From Candidatus Saccharicenans sp. (lineage in GTDB: Bacteria; Acidobacteriota; Aminicenantia; Aminicenantales; Saccharicenantaceae): a stretch of DNA of 64,000 nt. The notes beneath the pieces were generated by a model that saw only the letters and a list, made by a program, of their open reading frames with translations, was not told the origin of the DNA and did not search any database. Location: contig JASEFX010000001.1 of assembly GCA_030018265.1 (NCBI GenBank), positions 53,532 through 117,531 of the forward strand. The letters run 5' to 3'. The position numbers and the translations under genes are program-made. Shown one piece after another: positions 46,846 to 56,738 of this stretch (position 1 is its first letter; every line of letters starts with the position of its first letter).

Positions 46846-46959
46846 AGAAAAGTGTCCTCTTCTGAGGACGCGTTGAAGCAGAAAGAGCGGCAACAGAACT
46901 GACCGCAGGATAGCGTGAGCAGGCACATTTTTTGCTAATATCTTCTGCGGGAGGCAAAA

Positions 46960-48105
46960 ATGAGAAAGATTACATTTCTGATATTGCTGGCGCTTCTGGC
47001 TTCAAGTTGCATAATGTACATTCCTTATGATGAAACACGCGGCAGGGGGAGAACGAATTACGAACCACCGGCTCCTCCGCCGCCAGCTCCCCGGGTTCAC
47101 GCAGAGATTTCCATTACCTTCATCTATGATTATCTGGGGAAGTACGGCTACTGGGTTTACCTGAATCCCTACGGTTATGTATGGATTCCGAGGGGAGTTG
47201 GCCGTCACTGGCGTCCTTACACTGAAGGGCGCTGGGTCTGGACAGAGTACGGGTGGATGTGGGTTTCAACCCATCCCTGGGGCTGGATTCCCTTTCATTA
47301 CGGACGCTGGGGATGGAACAGCCGGCTCGGCTGGTTCTGGGTGCCGGATGTCGTCTGGGCGCCGGCCTGGGTTGTCTGGAGGTTTGGCGATCTGTACATA
47401 GGCTGGGCACCGCTGCCTCCGGAGGTGGCTTTCGTACCAGGTTATGGCTTCAGATGGGGAAGGCTGGATATTGACGTGCATTTCTGGATATTTGTGGAAG
47501 CCAGAAGATTCCATTCCAATCAGTTGAGAGCCTGGGTGCTGCCGCCGGAACGCAACATTACGATTATCAACTTTACAGTTCTGCGAAACAGATATACTGT
47601 GAGGGAAAGAAATATAATCGTCAATGACGCTATCTCCTCTCAGGAAATAGAAAGAATCACCAGGGTTCCGGTGACCAGAGTCAACGTGAGGCAGGTACAG
47701 AGACCGGAAGAGGCGGGAAGCGGAGTCAATGAAGTCCGGGTTTACCGGCCGGAGATAAAGCAGGAGTCAGTCACTCCGAAAAGCTACATGAAAGCTGAGG
47801 AAGCAGAACAGAAAATTCGCCTGACACAGCTTCAGAGATCAGAAAATCTGGAAGAAATTCATCGACGGGAAGCTGAACTTCTGGAAAGAACCCAGAGGCT
47901 GGAAATAGAAAAATTGAGAAAGCAGATTCAGGAAGAAGCCAGAAACGCTCCTCCGCAAGAAAAACAGAAAAAAATGTCCGAGTTACAGGCCAGGCTGGAA
48001 GAATTGAAGAAAAAGCACGAGCAGGAGAAACAGGATCTTCAAAAAAGACAGTCAGAAGAAAAGAGAATTATTAAAAAAGAAAACCTGAGGAGAAAGGGCG
48101 AATAA
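46960..48105 (+). CDS. Lipoprotein with a Trp-rich repeat domain and a C-terminal charged coiled-coil
   Basis: Lipobox LLASSC. A Pro-rich linker PPAPPPPAP. Dense aromatic repeats (GYVWIPRG, GRWVWTEYGWMWVS, PWGWIPFHYGRWGWNSRLGWFWVPDVVWAPAWVVW, YIGWAPLPP). A KE-rich helical tail of about 120 aa. Confidence 0.5.
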   Translation: MRKITFLILLALLASSCIMYIPYDETRGRGRTNYEPPAPPPPAPRVHAEISITFIYDYLGKYGYWVYLNPYGYVWIPRGVGRHWRPYTEGRWVWTEYGWMWVSTHPWGWIPFHYGRWGWNSRLGWFWVPDVVWAPAWVVWRFGDLYIGWAPLPPEVAFVPGYGFRWGRLDIDVHFWIFVEARRFHSNQLRAWVLPPERNITIINFTVLRNRYTVRERNIIVNDAISSQEIERITRVPVTRVNVRQVQRPEEAGSGVNEVRVYRPEIKQESVTPKSYMKAEEAEQKIRLTQLQRSENLEEIHRREAELLERTQRLEIEKLRKQIQEEARNAPPQEKQKKMSELQARLEELKKKHEQEKQDLQKRQSEEKRIIKKENLRRKGE

Positions 48106-48134
48106 TTCCCGTTTCTCAGGCTTGAGGTTGACCT

Positions 48135-48992
48135 TCAATCTCTTCGTAAAGAGAGCATCAAAACTGAACAGAGAATCAGCAGCCCGCCGAGGATGGTTCT
48201 GGCAGCCGGAATCTCGTGAAGGAAAATATATCCAAGAACAATTCCGTAAACCGGTTCAAGAGTGCTGATCAGACTGCTCAGTCTGGCTTCGAGAAACTTC
48301 AACCCGCTTATAAACAGAGTGTGAGCGCCGGCGGTGCAGACGAGGCCGAGAAAAAGAAGCCAGAGAATCCGGTCAAGGCTGAAACTCCAGCTCACCGGTC
48401 TGGAAAAAACCAGCGGCAGCAGGAAGATAGCCGCCAGCAAATCCTGGTAAAAAGCCAGCACCGGACCCGGATGTTCGGGAGAGAGTTTTCTGTTAATGAT
48501 TGTAAGAAAGGCGAACGACAGCCCGGCCAGAGTTCCCCAGATTATTCCAAGAAAAATTCTGTTGCCGGGGTTAAATTCCGGAACCATCAGCCCCACCCCG
48601 AGAAAACAAATCAGGGCGAAGGCCAGATAGGAATTCTTAAATTTTACTCCAAGGAGCCAGGGCTCGAGAAAAACAGTAAAGATGGGGAAAGTCGAGTAAG
48701 AAAGAAGACCAACGGCCACGGTCGAAAGCTGAACTGAAAGAAAAAAAGCCGTCCAGTGAAAGGCCAGTAAAATTCCCGATATAAAAAGAAGAATTTTCGG
48801 CCCTGTCCCGGCGACAAGAGGTTTTGTTTTCTCGATGACTAAAATCAGGAGCAAGCCGACGGAAGCCAGCAACACCCTGAACCAGGTGAGTTCCAGCGGG
48901 CTTAAAGGCAGAATTTTCCCGATTACTCCAGGAAAGCCAAAGAAAAGAACGGCCAGATGTATCTGGAAGAGGGCCCGCGTTTTTGTTTTCAT
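48135..48992 (-). CDS. DMT-superfamily (EamA-like) transporter
   Basis: 285 aa with 10 TM segments and a duplicated EamA-like layout. Confidence 0.5.
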   Translation of the reverse strand: MKTKTRALFQIHLAVLFFGFPGVIGKILPLSPLELTWFRVLLASVGLLLILVIEKTKPLVAGTGPKILLFISGILLAFHWTAFFLSVQLSTVAVGLLSYSTFPIFTVFLEPWLLGVKFKNSYLAFALICFLGVGLMVPEFNPGNRIFLGIIWGTLAGLSFAFLTIINRKLSPEHPGPVLAFYQDLLAAIFLLPLVFSRPVSWSFSLDRILWLLFLGLVCTAGAHTLFISGLKFLEARLSSLISTLEPVYGIVLGYIFLHEIPAARTILGGLLILCSVLMLSLRRD

Positions 48993-49132
48993 TTTCTGGT
49001 TCTGAAATTTTATAAAATCAGCGGCGAAAAATCACCTGCGACCTGGAAAATTGATTCAGAAAGCAGGTTTGAATTTTGAGCCGCTTGTGGTAAGATAACG
49101 AAGGAAATTCTGCAATATCTGAATTCGAAAAA

Positions 49133-50875
49133 ATGATTCCCGAAAATCAGGATAACAGAAAGCCAGCTTACCTGGTTCTCGCCAGAAAATACCGCCCGAA
49201 ACAGTTCCACGAAGTGGTCGGACAGGAAGCGGTGGTCAGAACCATCCAGAACGCCATCAAAGAAAACAGAATAGGGCATGCCTACCTTTTTTCAGGCATG
49301 AGAGGTGTGGGGAAGACCACGGTTGCCAGAATCCTGGCGAAAGCGCTCAACTGCGAGCATGGCCCGACTCCTGAACCGTGCAATCAGTGCTTCATGTGTC
49401 AGGCGATCAACGAAGAATCCCTGCTGGATTTCATCGAAATAGACGGAGCCTCGAATCGGGGAATAGAAGACGTCAAAGCACTCAGGGAAAGCATTCAGTA
49501 TGAGCCGATGCACAGCCGGTATCGGGTGATAATAATAGACGAGGTGCATCAGCTCAGCCGTGATGCTTTCAATGCTTTGCTCAAAACACTGGAAGAGCCT
49601 CCGACCAGAACTGTCTTTATTTTTGCCACCACCGAATTTCATAAGGTGCCTAAAACCATCGCCTCGCGCTGTCAGCATTTTGTTTTCAAAAGGCTGAGCG
49701 TTCAGCAGATCGTCGACCATCTGAAATTCATTGCCGAAAAGGAGGACATAGAAATCAGTCCGTACAGCCTGAAACTCATCGCCGAAGCAGCTGACGGCAG
49801 CCTTCGCGACGCTGAAACACTGCTCGATATGGTGATTTCTTTCAGCGGCTCTCGTGTTCAGGATAAAGATACCGAGGAAGTGCTCGGTGTCATCAACAGA
49901 AATCTTTTTGAAAAAATGGCCGGAGTTATTCTGCGCGGTGAAAGCGAGCAGATCTTTCCGCTGATTGACTCGCTGGTGACAGCTGGAATAGACCTTAAAT
50001 ATTTTTACAGCGGGCTGATCGAATATTTCCGGCAGCTGCTTCTGGTGAGAATTTCCTCCAGACCGGAAAACTTTCTTCTTCTGTCGGCAGAGGAAATCAA
50101 GAAAATTCGGGAGATGGCTGACGATTTCAGAGCGCCGGAACTTCTCCGTTATCTGCTCATGCTTCAGGACGGCGAAAGCGGGCTGAGATACTCCAGCCAG
50201 CCGAGAATCTTTCTCGAAGCCTGGTTGCTCAAGCTCTGTTATTTGAAAGAGCTCAGGCCGGTGGAGCAGGTGCTTCAAAATTTGACTGCCCGGAAACCCG
50301 GCACTGCTGGCTCGCGGGTTGGAGAACCCCCGCCGACATCTGCTAAGATGGATGAAAGAAAACACGCCAGGAATCTTACCGGTTCGAGAAGCTCCGGTCC
50401 GAAAAACCACCTGAATTCTAATACGAACAACGGACCGGCTGTATTCCCTGACGAAATGGTCAATAACTTTTATCTACGGGTGATGAAAGAAAAGCCGGTG
50501 CTGGCTCCTATCCTGAAAATGGCCAGCCGGGTTGAGGTCAACTCCGGTAATCTTCTGCTGAACTTTACCCGTGACAGAAAACATTATGCCGATCCGGTAA
50601 ATCAGAGTTTACCGTACCTTAACCGGCTGTGGCAGGAACTGGGTGGACAGGCGGTCGAACTTAAACTCGACGGAGAGGCCTACCCGATTTCCGGCACTGC
50701 TCCTTCTTCACCTGAACGGACGCCGGACCCGTCGGTCAAAGAGACTTCTCCGCCTTCCCTCAGAAATTTCCGTGACGAAGAAGCCAGAAACCTTCTGGAT
50801 GACCCGAAAGCCAGAGCTCTGATGAATTCGCTTAAAGCTCAGGTAATCACTGTAAAGAAAAAGAACGGAACTTAA
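49133..50875 (+). CDS. dnaX: DNA polymerase III subunit gamma/tau
   Basis: ARKYRPKQFHEVVGQE block. Walker A GMRGVGKTT. Zinc module CEHGPTPEPCNQCFMC. DExx box IIIDEVH. Confidence 0.8.
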   Translation: MIPENQDNRKPAYLVLARKYRPKQFHEVVGQEAVVRTIQNAIKENRIGHAYLFSGMRGVGKTTVARILAKALNCEHGPTPEPCNQCFMCQAINEESLLDFIEIDGASNRGIEDVKALRESIQYEPMHSRYRVIIIDEVHQLSRDAFNALLKTLEEPPTRTVFIFATTEFHKVPKTIASRCQHFVFKRLSVQQIVDHLKFIAEKEDIEISPYSLKLIAEAADGSLRDAETLLDMVISFSGSRVQDKDTEEVLGVINRNLFEKMAGVILRGESEQIFPLIDSLVTAGIDLKYFYSGLIEYFRQLLLVRISSRPENFLLLSAEEIKKIREMADDFRAPELLRYLLMLQDGESGLRYSSQPRIFLEAWLLKLCYLKELRPVEQVLQNLTARKPGTAGSRVGEPPPTSAKMDERKHARNLTGSRSSGPKNHLNSNTNNGPAVFPDEMVNNFYLRVMKEKPVLAPILKMASRVEVNSGNLLLNFTRDRKHYADPVNQSLPYLNRLWQELGGQAVELKLDGEAYPISGTAPSSPERTPDPSVKETSPPSLRNFRDEEARNLLDDPKARALMNSLKAQVITVKKKNGT

Positions 50876-50900
50876 AAATAAAATCTTTTTCAGAGGGAAT

Positions 50901-51215
50901 TTGATGAAGAATTTAGCCGAACTGCAAAAAATGTTAAAAGCGGCTCAGGAAATGCAGGAGAAAATTCAGAAAGAACTGGCTGAAATGAGGGTGGAGGGGT
51001 CGAGCGGCGGCGGTATGGTCACTGTGGTGCTTGACGGGCAGAAAAATTGCCTGGAAGTGAGACTCGACCCGGAAGTGGTCAATCCTGATGATATCGAAAT
51101 GCTGCAGGATCTGATCGTCTCGGCTTTTCGCGATGCCGTCTCTAAGGTAGAGGCTGAGGTTCAGGAAAAAATGTCCCACTTAGCTGGCGGGCTGAAACTT
51201 CCCGGGCTTTTTTAA
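50901..51215 (+). CDS. ybaB: Nucleoid-associated protein YbaB/EbfC
   Basis: 104 aa and matches the YbaB family. Conserved dnaX-ybaB-recR gene order. Confidence 0.75.
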   Translation: MMKNLAELQKMLKAAQEMQEKIQKELAEMRVEGSSGGGMVTVVLDGQKNCLEVRLDPEVVNPDDIEMLQDLIVSAFRDAVSKVEAEVQEKMSHLAGGLKLPGLF

Positions 51216-51228
51216 CGGAGAAACCTGA

Positions 51229-51834
51229 ATGTTTGAATACGCCAGACCTCTTCACGAACTGATCGAACAGCTGAGAAAATTCCCCGGCATAGGGCTGAAA
51301 TCTGCCCAGCGCATGGCTTTCTACCTTCTGGGACTTCCGGCAGAAGAAGTGGACCGCCTCGTCCAGGCCATCAATGAGGTGAAGAGCAAAATATTTTACT
51401 GTTCGATCTGCAATAACATAACTGATGTTGACCCGTGTTTACTGTGCACTGATCCCCGAAGGAACGATGAACAGCTGTGTGTGGTCGAAGAGCCTTTCAA
51501 CGTAGCTTCGATAGAAAAAACCGGAGTTTATTCCGGTCGCTATCACGTTCTGCTGGGTTCTCTTTCTCCGATGAAGGGAATAGGTCCCGACGAACTTAGA
51601 CTGGAAAAGCTGGTTTCCCGGCTGAAAAACGGGAATTTCCAGGAAGTGATCATCGCCACCAACCCGACGATGGAAGGAGAGGCTACCGCTTCTCTCATCT
51701 GCCAGCTTTTGAAGGACCTGCCTGTCAGAATCACCAGGCTGGCCATGGGTTTGCCGGTTGGGGCCGACCTGGACTATGCCGACCAGCTTACCATCAGGAA
51801 AGCTCTTGAGGGGCGGACTGAACTTAAATCCTGA
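51229..51834 (+). CDS. recR: Recombination protein RecR
   Basis: HhH motif FPGIGLKSAQR. C4 zinc finger CSICNNITDVDPCLLC. Toprim domain. Confidence 0.8.
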   Translation: MFEYARPLHELIEQLRKFPGIGLKSAQRMAFYLLGLPAEEVDRLVQAINEVKSKIFYCSICNNITDVDPCLLCTDPRRNDEQLCVVEEPFNVASIEKTGVYSGRYHVLLGSLSPMKGIGPDELRLEKLVSRLKNGNFQEVIIATNPTMEGEATASLICQLLKDLPVRITRLAMGLPVGADLDYADQLTIRKALEGRTELKS

Positions 51835-51843
51835 GAGCGGTTG

Positions 51844-51872
51844 TTAGAAATTTCAGACTTTTTTGGTATAAT
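51844..51872 (+). promoter_or_regulatory. Putative sigma-70 promoter for the PFOR gene
   Basis: TTAGAA-N17-TATAAT with an extended -10 TG (TGGTATAAT). It lies about 25 nt upstream of the GGAGAA RBS. Confidence 0.35.
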
Positions 51873-51896
51873 AAAACGTTTAATTTATAAAGGAGA

Positions 51897-54800
51897 ATGG
51901 CAATGGCTAATAAAAATTTTAAGGCGATTGACGGTAACACCGCGGCCGCTCATGTGGCTTATGCCTATTCGGAAGTAGCCGCCATCTATCCGATCACTCC
52001 ATCTTCCAACATGGGAGAGCTGGTGGACGAATGGGCAGCTCAGGGGCGGAAGAATATCTTCGGTCAGCCTCTCGAAGTCATCGAGATGCAGTCGGAAGCC
52101 GGAGCTGCCGGGGCGGTACACGGCTCTCTCAGCGCCGGTTGTTTGACCACCACATTTACCGCCGCCCAGGGCCTGATGCTGATGCTGCCGAACATGCACA
52201 AGATAGCCGGCGAAATGCTGCCGACCGTCTTTCACGTTTCAGCCCGTTCGCTGGCCTGCCAGTCGCTCTCGATTTTTGGCGATCACTCTGATGTGATGTC
52301 TGCCCGGAACACCGGATTCGCTCTGATGTGCTCCGGTTCGGTGCAGGAAGTCATGGACCTGGCCACTGTCTGTCACCTGGCCACTCTTAAAAGCAAAGTT
52401 CCCTTCCTACACTTTTTCGACGGTTTCCGCACCTCGCATGAAATCCAGAAAATAGACGTAATTCCTTATGAAACCTTAGCTTCGCTGTTTGAACTTGAAT
52501 ACCTCGAAGATTTCAGGAAAAGAGCTCTCACTCCCGACCGACCGATGATGAAGGTCGGCGCGCAGAACCCGGATGTCTACTTTCAGGGTCGTGAAACTGT
52601 AAACAAATACTATGCGGCCACTCCGGCCATAGTTCAGGAATACATGGATAAGCTGGCGAAGGTCACCGGCCGGCAGTATCATCTGTTCGATTATTTCGGC
52701 GCGCCCGACGCCGACCGGGTGATAGTGATCATGGGTTCGGGAGCCGAAACAGTCGAAGAAACCATAGATTACCTGAACAAAAACGGATACCGGGTTGGAC
52801 TGGTTAAAGTTCGTCTGTACCGGCCATTTGATGTTGAAGCTTTCAGAAAAGTTATTCCCGCCAGCGTGAAAAAAATCGCTGTGCTCGACCGGACAAAAGA
52901 ACCCGGCGCGATAGGCGAACCCCTTTATCTTGACGTGGTTTCCGCTCTGGCCGGTCGCGACATCAAGATCATCGGCGGTCGTTACGGCCTGTCTTCCAAG
53001 GAGTTCACCCCGGCGATGGTGAAAGCCGTATATGATCATCTGGATGGAGCCTGTTTCCATGGATTCACTGTCGGTATTGAAGACGACGTTACCGGACTTT
53101 CGATTCCGGTCGGTCCGGTTCTGGAAACGGAACCCGCCGGAACTGTCCGCTGCAAATTCTGGGGCTACGGGTCTGACGGCACGGTCGGAGCCTGCAAAAA
53201 CTCCATTCAGATCATCGGCGACAACACCGACCTTTACGCCCAGGGTTATTTTGAATACGATTCTAAAAAATCTGGCGGCGTTACCATTTCCCATCTGAGA
53301 TTCGGCAAACATCCGATAAAATCCGAATACCTGTTAAACACGGTCGATTTCGTCGCCCTTCATAAACCGGCTTACATCGGCCGTTATGACATACTGGAAG
53401 GTATAAGGGAAGGCGGAATTTTCCTGCTGAATTCACCGTGGAAAAAAGAAGAAGTTTTTGAACATCTGACCGAGGATATGCAAAAGACCATCATCGAGAA
53501 GAAGATTAAAGTTTACACCATAGACGCTTTCAAAATTGCCAGAGAAGTTGGTCTCGGAAACAGAATCAACACCATCATGCAGGTTTGCTTTTTCAAAATT
53601 TCCGGAGTTCTGCCGGAAGAACAGGCTATCGATTTGATCAAAAAGGCGATTTACAAGACCTATCACAAGAAAGGCGAAGACGTGGTTAAAAAGAACATGG
53701 AGGCCGTTGACCGGGCGCTCTCAGCCCTGGAGGAAGTCCCGGTGCCGGAGAAAATCACCAGGTCGGCTCCGACTCCGCGTCTGATCCCCGAAGATGCTGA
53801 CGAATTTGCCCGCTACATCATTGATCCCATCATGCATTTCAAGGGCAATTCTATCCCGGTTTCCAGAATGCCCTACGACGGCCGGATCCCGACCGACACG
53901 GCGAAGCTGGAAAAAAGAGGCATTGCCGAACTCGTTCCGCGCTGGCTGCCGGAAAAATGCATTCAGTGCAATCAGTGCGCTTTTGTCTGCCCGCATGCCG
54001 CTATCAGAGCAAAACAGATTCACCCGGATGACCTGAAAAACGCTCCTGAAACCTTTACCACCCTGGTCTCCAACACCAAGAATGACAGGAATCTGAAATA
54101 CCGGCTGCAGGTCTACATCGAGGATTGCGTCGGGTGCGGCGTTTGTGTTGAGGTCTGCCCGGCCAAGGAAAAAGCTCTGATGATGGTACCCATTGAAGAT
54201 GAAAGGGCTGCCGGTCAGAACGACAATGAAAAATTCTTCGAAAGTCTCCCTGACAGTTATCTTGACGGTGTGAAGATTGACACCATCAAGGGCTCTCAGT
54301 TCCTGACGCCGCTTTTTGAGTTCAGCGGAGCCTGCGCCGGATGTGGCGAGACCCCTTACATCAAACTGGCCACCCAGCTTTTTGGTGACCGGATGATCAT
54401 TGCCAACGCCACCGGTTGTTCTTCCATCTACGGCGGCACCTTCCCGATTTCACCTTACTCCAAAAACAAGGAAGGCAGAGGACCGGCCTGGGCCAACTCT
54501 CTGTTTGAAGATAACGCTGAATATGGTTTCGGGATGAGACTCGCTGTGGATTCGCTCAGACGTCAGCTCTGGGCCAGCATGAACGCGGCGATCGAGGCCG
54601 GGACGCTTCCTGAACTGGTGGAAGCCTTCCAGAAGATGAAAGAACTGTGGAATGATAAAGGCGAGGAAGCCAGAGCCACCGTCAGGAAGATAAAAGAATT
54701 GTTGCCGAAAGCTCTGGCCAGAAACGATGCCGCTAAACCTTATCTGACCACCGTGGCCGAGTTGCAGGATTACTTCATCGACAAGAGCATCTGGTGTATC

Positions 54801-55424
54801 GGCGGTGACGGCTGGGCTTATGACATCGGTTTTGGCGGGCTCGACCACGTAATCGCCATGAACCGGAATGTCAACCTGCTGGTTCTGGACACCGAGGTTT
54901 ACTCGAACACCGGCGGCCAGGCTTCGAAAGCTACCCCGACTGGCTCGAGAGCCAAGTTCGCTTCCTCCGGAAAAAAGACGGTGAAAAAAGACCTGGGCCG
55001 GATGGCCATGAGTTATGGCTATGTTTACGTGGCATCCGTGGCGATGGGAGCCAACATGCAGCAGTGCCTGAAAGCTTTCCTGGAAGCTGAAGCTTATGAC
55101 GGTCCTTCGCTGATCATCGCTTACTCGCCCTGCATCAACCACGGTATCGACATGAGCAAGTCGCAGCTGGAACAGAAGCTGGCGGTGGAAAGTGGATACT
55201 GGATCCTGTATCGTTACAATCCGATGCTGGCCAGAGAAGGCAAGAATCCGTTCATCCTCGATTCGAAGGAACCTAAAATGGAGTATGAGGCTTTCCTGAA
55301 GAATGAAATTCGTTACCGTTCGGTTCTCCAGGACTATCCGGATATAGCCAGAAAGCTGTTTGATCAGGCCGCGGAAGAAGCTAAAAAGAGATTCGAATAT
55401 TACAAAAAGCTGGCTGAAGGCTGA
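51897..55424 (+). CDS. nifJ: Pyruvate:ferredoxin (flavodoxin) oxidoreductase, single-polypeptide PFOR
   Basis: 1175 aa. N-terminal block IDGNTAAAHVAYAYSEVAAIYPITPSS. Two ferredoxin motifs (CIQCNQCAFVCP, CVGCGVCVEVCP). TPP-binding GGDGWAYDIG region. Confidence 0.8.
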   Translation: MAMANKNFKAIDGNTAAAHVAYAYSEVAAIYPITPSSNMGELVDEWAAQGRKNIFGQPLEVIEMQSEAGAAGAVHGSLSAGCLTTTFTAAQGLMLMLPNMHKIAGEMLPTVFHVSARSLACQSLSIFGDHSDVMSARNTGFALMCSGSVQEVMDLATVCHLATLKSKVPFLHFFDGFRTSHEIQKIDVIPYETLASLFELEYLEDFRKRALTPDRPMMKVGAQNPDVYFQGRETVNKYYAATPAIVQEYMDKLAKVTGRQYHLFDYFGAPDADRVIVIMGSGAETVEETIDYLNKNGYRVGLVKVRLYRPFDVEAFRKVIPASVKKIAVLDRTKEPGAIGEPLYLDVVSALAGRDIKIIGGRYGLSSKEFTPAMVKAVYDHLDGACFHGFTVGIEDDVTGLSIPVGPVLETEPAGTVRCKFWGYGSDGTVGACKNSIQIIGDNTDLYAQGYFEYDSKKSGGVTISHLRFGKHPIKSEYLLNTVDFVALHKPAYIGRYDILEGIREGGIFLLNSPWKKEEVFEHLTEDMQKTIIEKKIKVYTIDAFKIAREVGLGNRINTIMQVCFFKISGVLPEEQAIDLIKKAIYKTYHKKGEDVVKKNMEAVDRALSALEEVPVPEKITRSAPTPRLIPEDADEFARYIIDPIMHFKGNSIPVSRMPYDGRIPTDTAKLEKRGIAELVPRWLPEKCIQCNQCAFVCPHAAIRAKQIHPDDLKNAPETFTTLVSNTKNDRNLKYRLQVYIEDCVGCGVCVEVCPAKEKALMMVPIEDERAAGQNDNEKFFESLPDSYLDGVKIDTIKGSQFLTPLFEFSGACAGCGETPYIKLATQLFGDRMIIANATGCSSIYGGTFPISPYSKNKEGRGPAWANSLFEDNAEYGFGMRLAVDSLRRQLWASMNAAIEAGTLPELVEAFQKMKELWNDKGEEARATVRKIKELLPKALARNDAAKPYLTTVAELQDYFIDKSIWCIGGDGWAYDIGFGGLDHVIAMNRNVNLLVLDTEVYSNTGGQASKATPTGSRAKFASSGKKTVKKDLGRMAMSYGYVYVASVAMGANMQQCLKAFLEAEAYDGPSLIIAYSPCINHGIDMSKSQLEQKLAVESGYWILYRYNPMLAREGKNPFILDSKEPKMEYEAFLKNEIRYRSVLQDYPDIARKLFDQAAEEAKKRFEYYKKLAEG

Positions 55425-56738
55425 TTACTTTTTAATCAACAGGACTTCAAACGCCCGGCCGGGCTCAAAAGCTGACCTGACCAGCTGATTGAGCTCGGTC
55501 GGGTTAATTTTTTCTATCGAATCGAGGAAGCCGTTGTAAAAATCAACGTCCAGCCCGCTGGCCAGGAGGGTCGACAGAAAACTCAAGCGATTGTCCCGGT
55601 ATAAAGATTCACGCAGATAGCTGGTTCTGGCCTGCCTTCTTCCGGCTTCAACAATTTCCGGCTCCAGGCCGTGCTGACTCCAGAGGGCAAACTTCTTCTT
55701 AAGCAAATTCAGAGCGGTTTCAGCCTTATCCTCTTCTGTTTCCAGATAACAGATAAATATGGTCTTCGCGCCAAGCAGTTCCAGGCGGCAGTTCAGGTTG
55801 TAGGCAAGAGCTTCTTCCTGGCGGAGAGACCAGAGCAAGGAGCCAGGTCCCTGTCCGATTATTTTTTCCAGAACATAGGCGGCTGGATAAATTCTGGCCG
55901 CCTCTCCCGGAAGAACATAACCCAGAATCACAGATGCGCCCGGAGGACCCTGATATAAAGCATTTTCCTCAGAAGCTCTGGCAGCTGCATCTGAAGCCAC
56001 AGGTTCTTCGCGGGAAGGCGAGCGTTCCTTTTTAAGCCAGCTGAAGCTTCTGGAAATCATTTCCAGCACAGTTTTTTTTTTCAGGTCTGTTATCACCAGC
56101 AGGCTCAGGCAGAAAGCGTTGACAGCATTTTCATAAAACTGTCTTATGTCTTTCCTGCTTATGGAAGCTAAATCAGATTCAAATCCATAAATGGATTGCC
56201 CGTAGGGACTTCCCGGGAAAATCTGTCGTCGAAGAAGTATCAAACCTGTATCTATTAACCGGCAGGATTCTAGCCGCGATTGTTTTCTGAGAGCTCTTTT
56301 CAGCGCGTCTATTCGCGGGCCAGAAAAGATCGGGTTTCTGATTCCTGCGGCCACCGTGCCCAGCGTTCTCTCGAGATGCGGGCTGAGACACTCAAACTGG
56401 ATAGCCGAGTAATCCGCCCGGCTGCCACCGTTCAGGTTAACCCCGTTAGCCAGAAGCTCTAACAAGCGGTCTTCCTCGGGCACCTCGGCCATCAACCTGG
56501 TGGTAAGATAGGCCAGACCGCTCTGACCCGGTCTCTCTAAGGTCTGACCGCCCTGAAAATGAAAAACCACCGTGGTGTATTTGATCTCTGAGTCCTGCTG
56601 GTAATAAACCCTGAGTCCATTTTCCAGGGTGATCTTTTCAAAGCTCAGCGGCTGGGCCGCAAGCCCGGGGCATAAAAATAGAAAATGCAGAAGAATCAGC
56701 CCGATAAAAAACTTCCATCTGAAGCCGTATTTTCTCAT
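55425..56738 (-). CDS. M16-family (pitrilysin-like) peptidase subunit lacking the HxxEH motif; probable non-catalytic partner
   Basis: Signal peptide and M16 N-terminal fold blocks (LENGLRVYY). No HxxEH. 4-nt overlap with the upstream active M16 gene. Confidence 0.5.
   Translation of the reverse strand: MRKYGFRWKFFIGLILLHFLFLCPGLAAQPLSFEKITLENGLRVYYQQDSEIKYTTVVFHFQGGQTLERPGQSGLAYLTTRLMAEVPEEDRLLELLANGVNLNGGSRADYSAIQFECLSPHLERTLGTVAAGIRNPIFSGPRIDALKRALRKQSRLESCRLIDTGLILLRRQIFPGSPYGQSIYGFESDLASISRKDIRQFYENAVNAFCLSLLVITDLKKKTVLEMISRSFSWLKKERSPSREEPVASDAAARASEENALYQGPPGASVILGYVLPGEAARIYPAAYVLEKIIGQGPGSLLWSLRQEEALAYNLNCRLELLGAKTIFICYLETEEDKAETALNLLKKKFALWSQHGLEPEIVEAGRRQARTSYLRESLYRDNRLSFLSTLLASGLDVDFYNGFLDSIEKINPTELNQLVRSAFEPGRAFEVLLIKK

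Noticed and set aside
48993-49132. SRP RNA (ffs) expected upstream of dnaX
   Set aside because: A hairpin (CCTGC...GCAGG) is present, but it lacks the conserved GGAA and AGCAGC domain-IV signature, so it is not called.
49292-50410. 372-aa ORF on the minus strand inside dnaX
   Set aside because: dnaX on the plus strand is unambiguous (Walker A, zinc module). The antisense ORF has no motifs.
52476-55142. Several minus-strand ORFs of 100-278 aa inside the PFOR gene (52476-53312, 53433-53666, 53721-54023, 54450-55142)
   Set aside because: All are antisense to the clearly identified 1175-aa PFOR. Their composition is typical of shadow ORFs.
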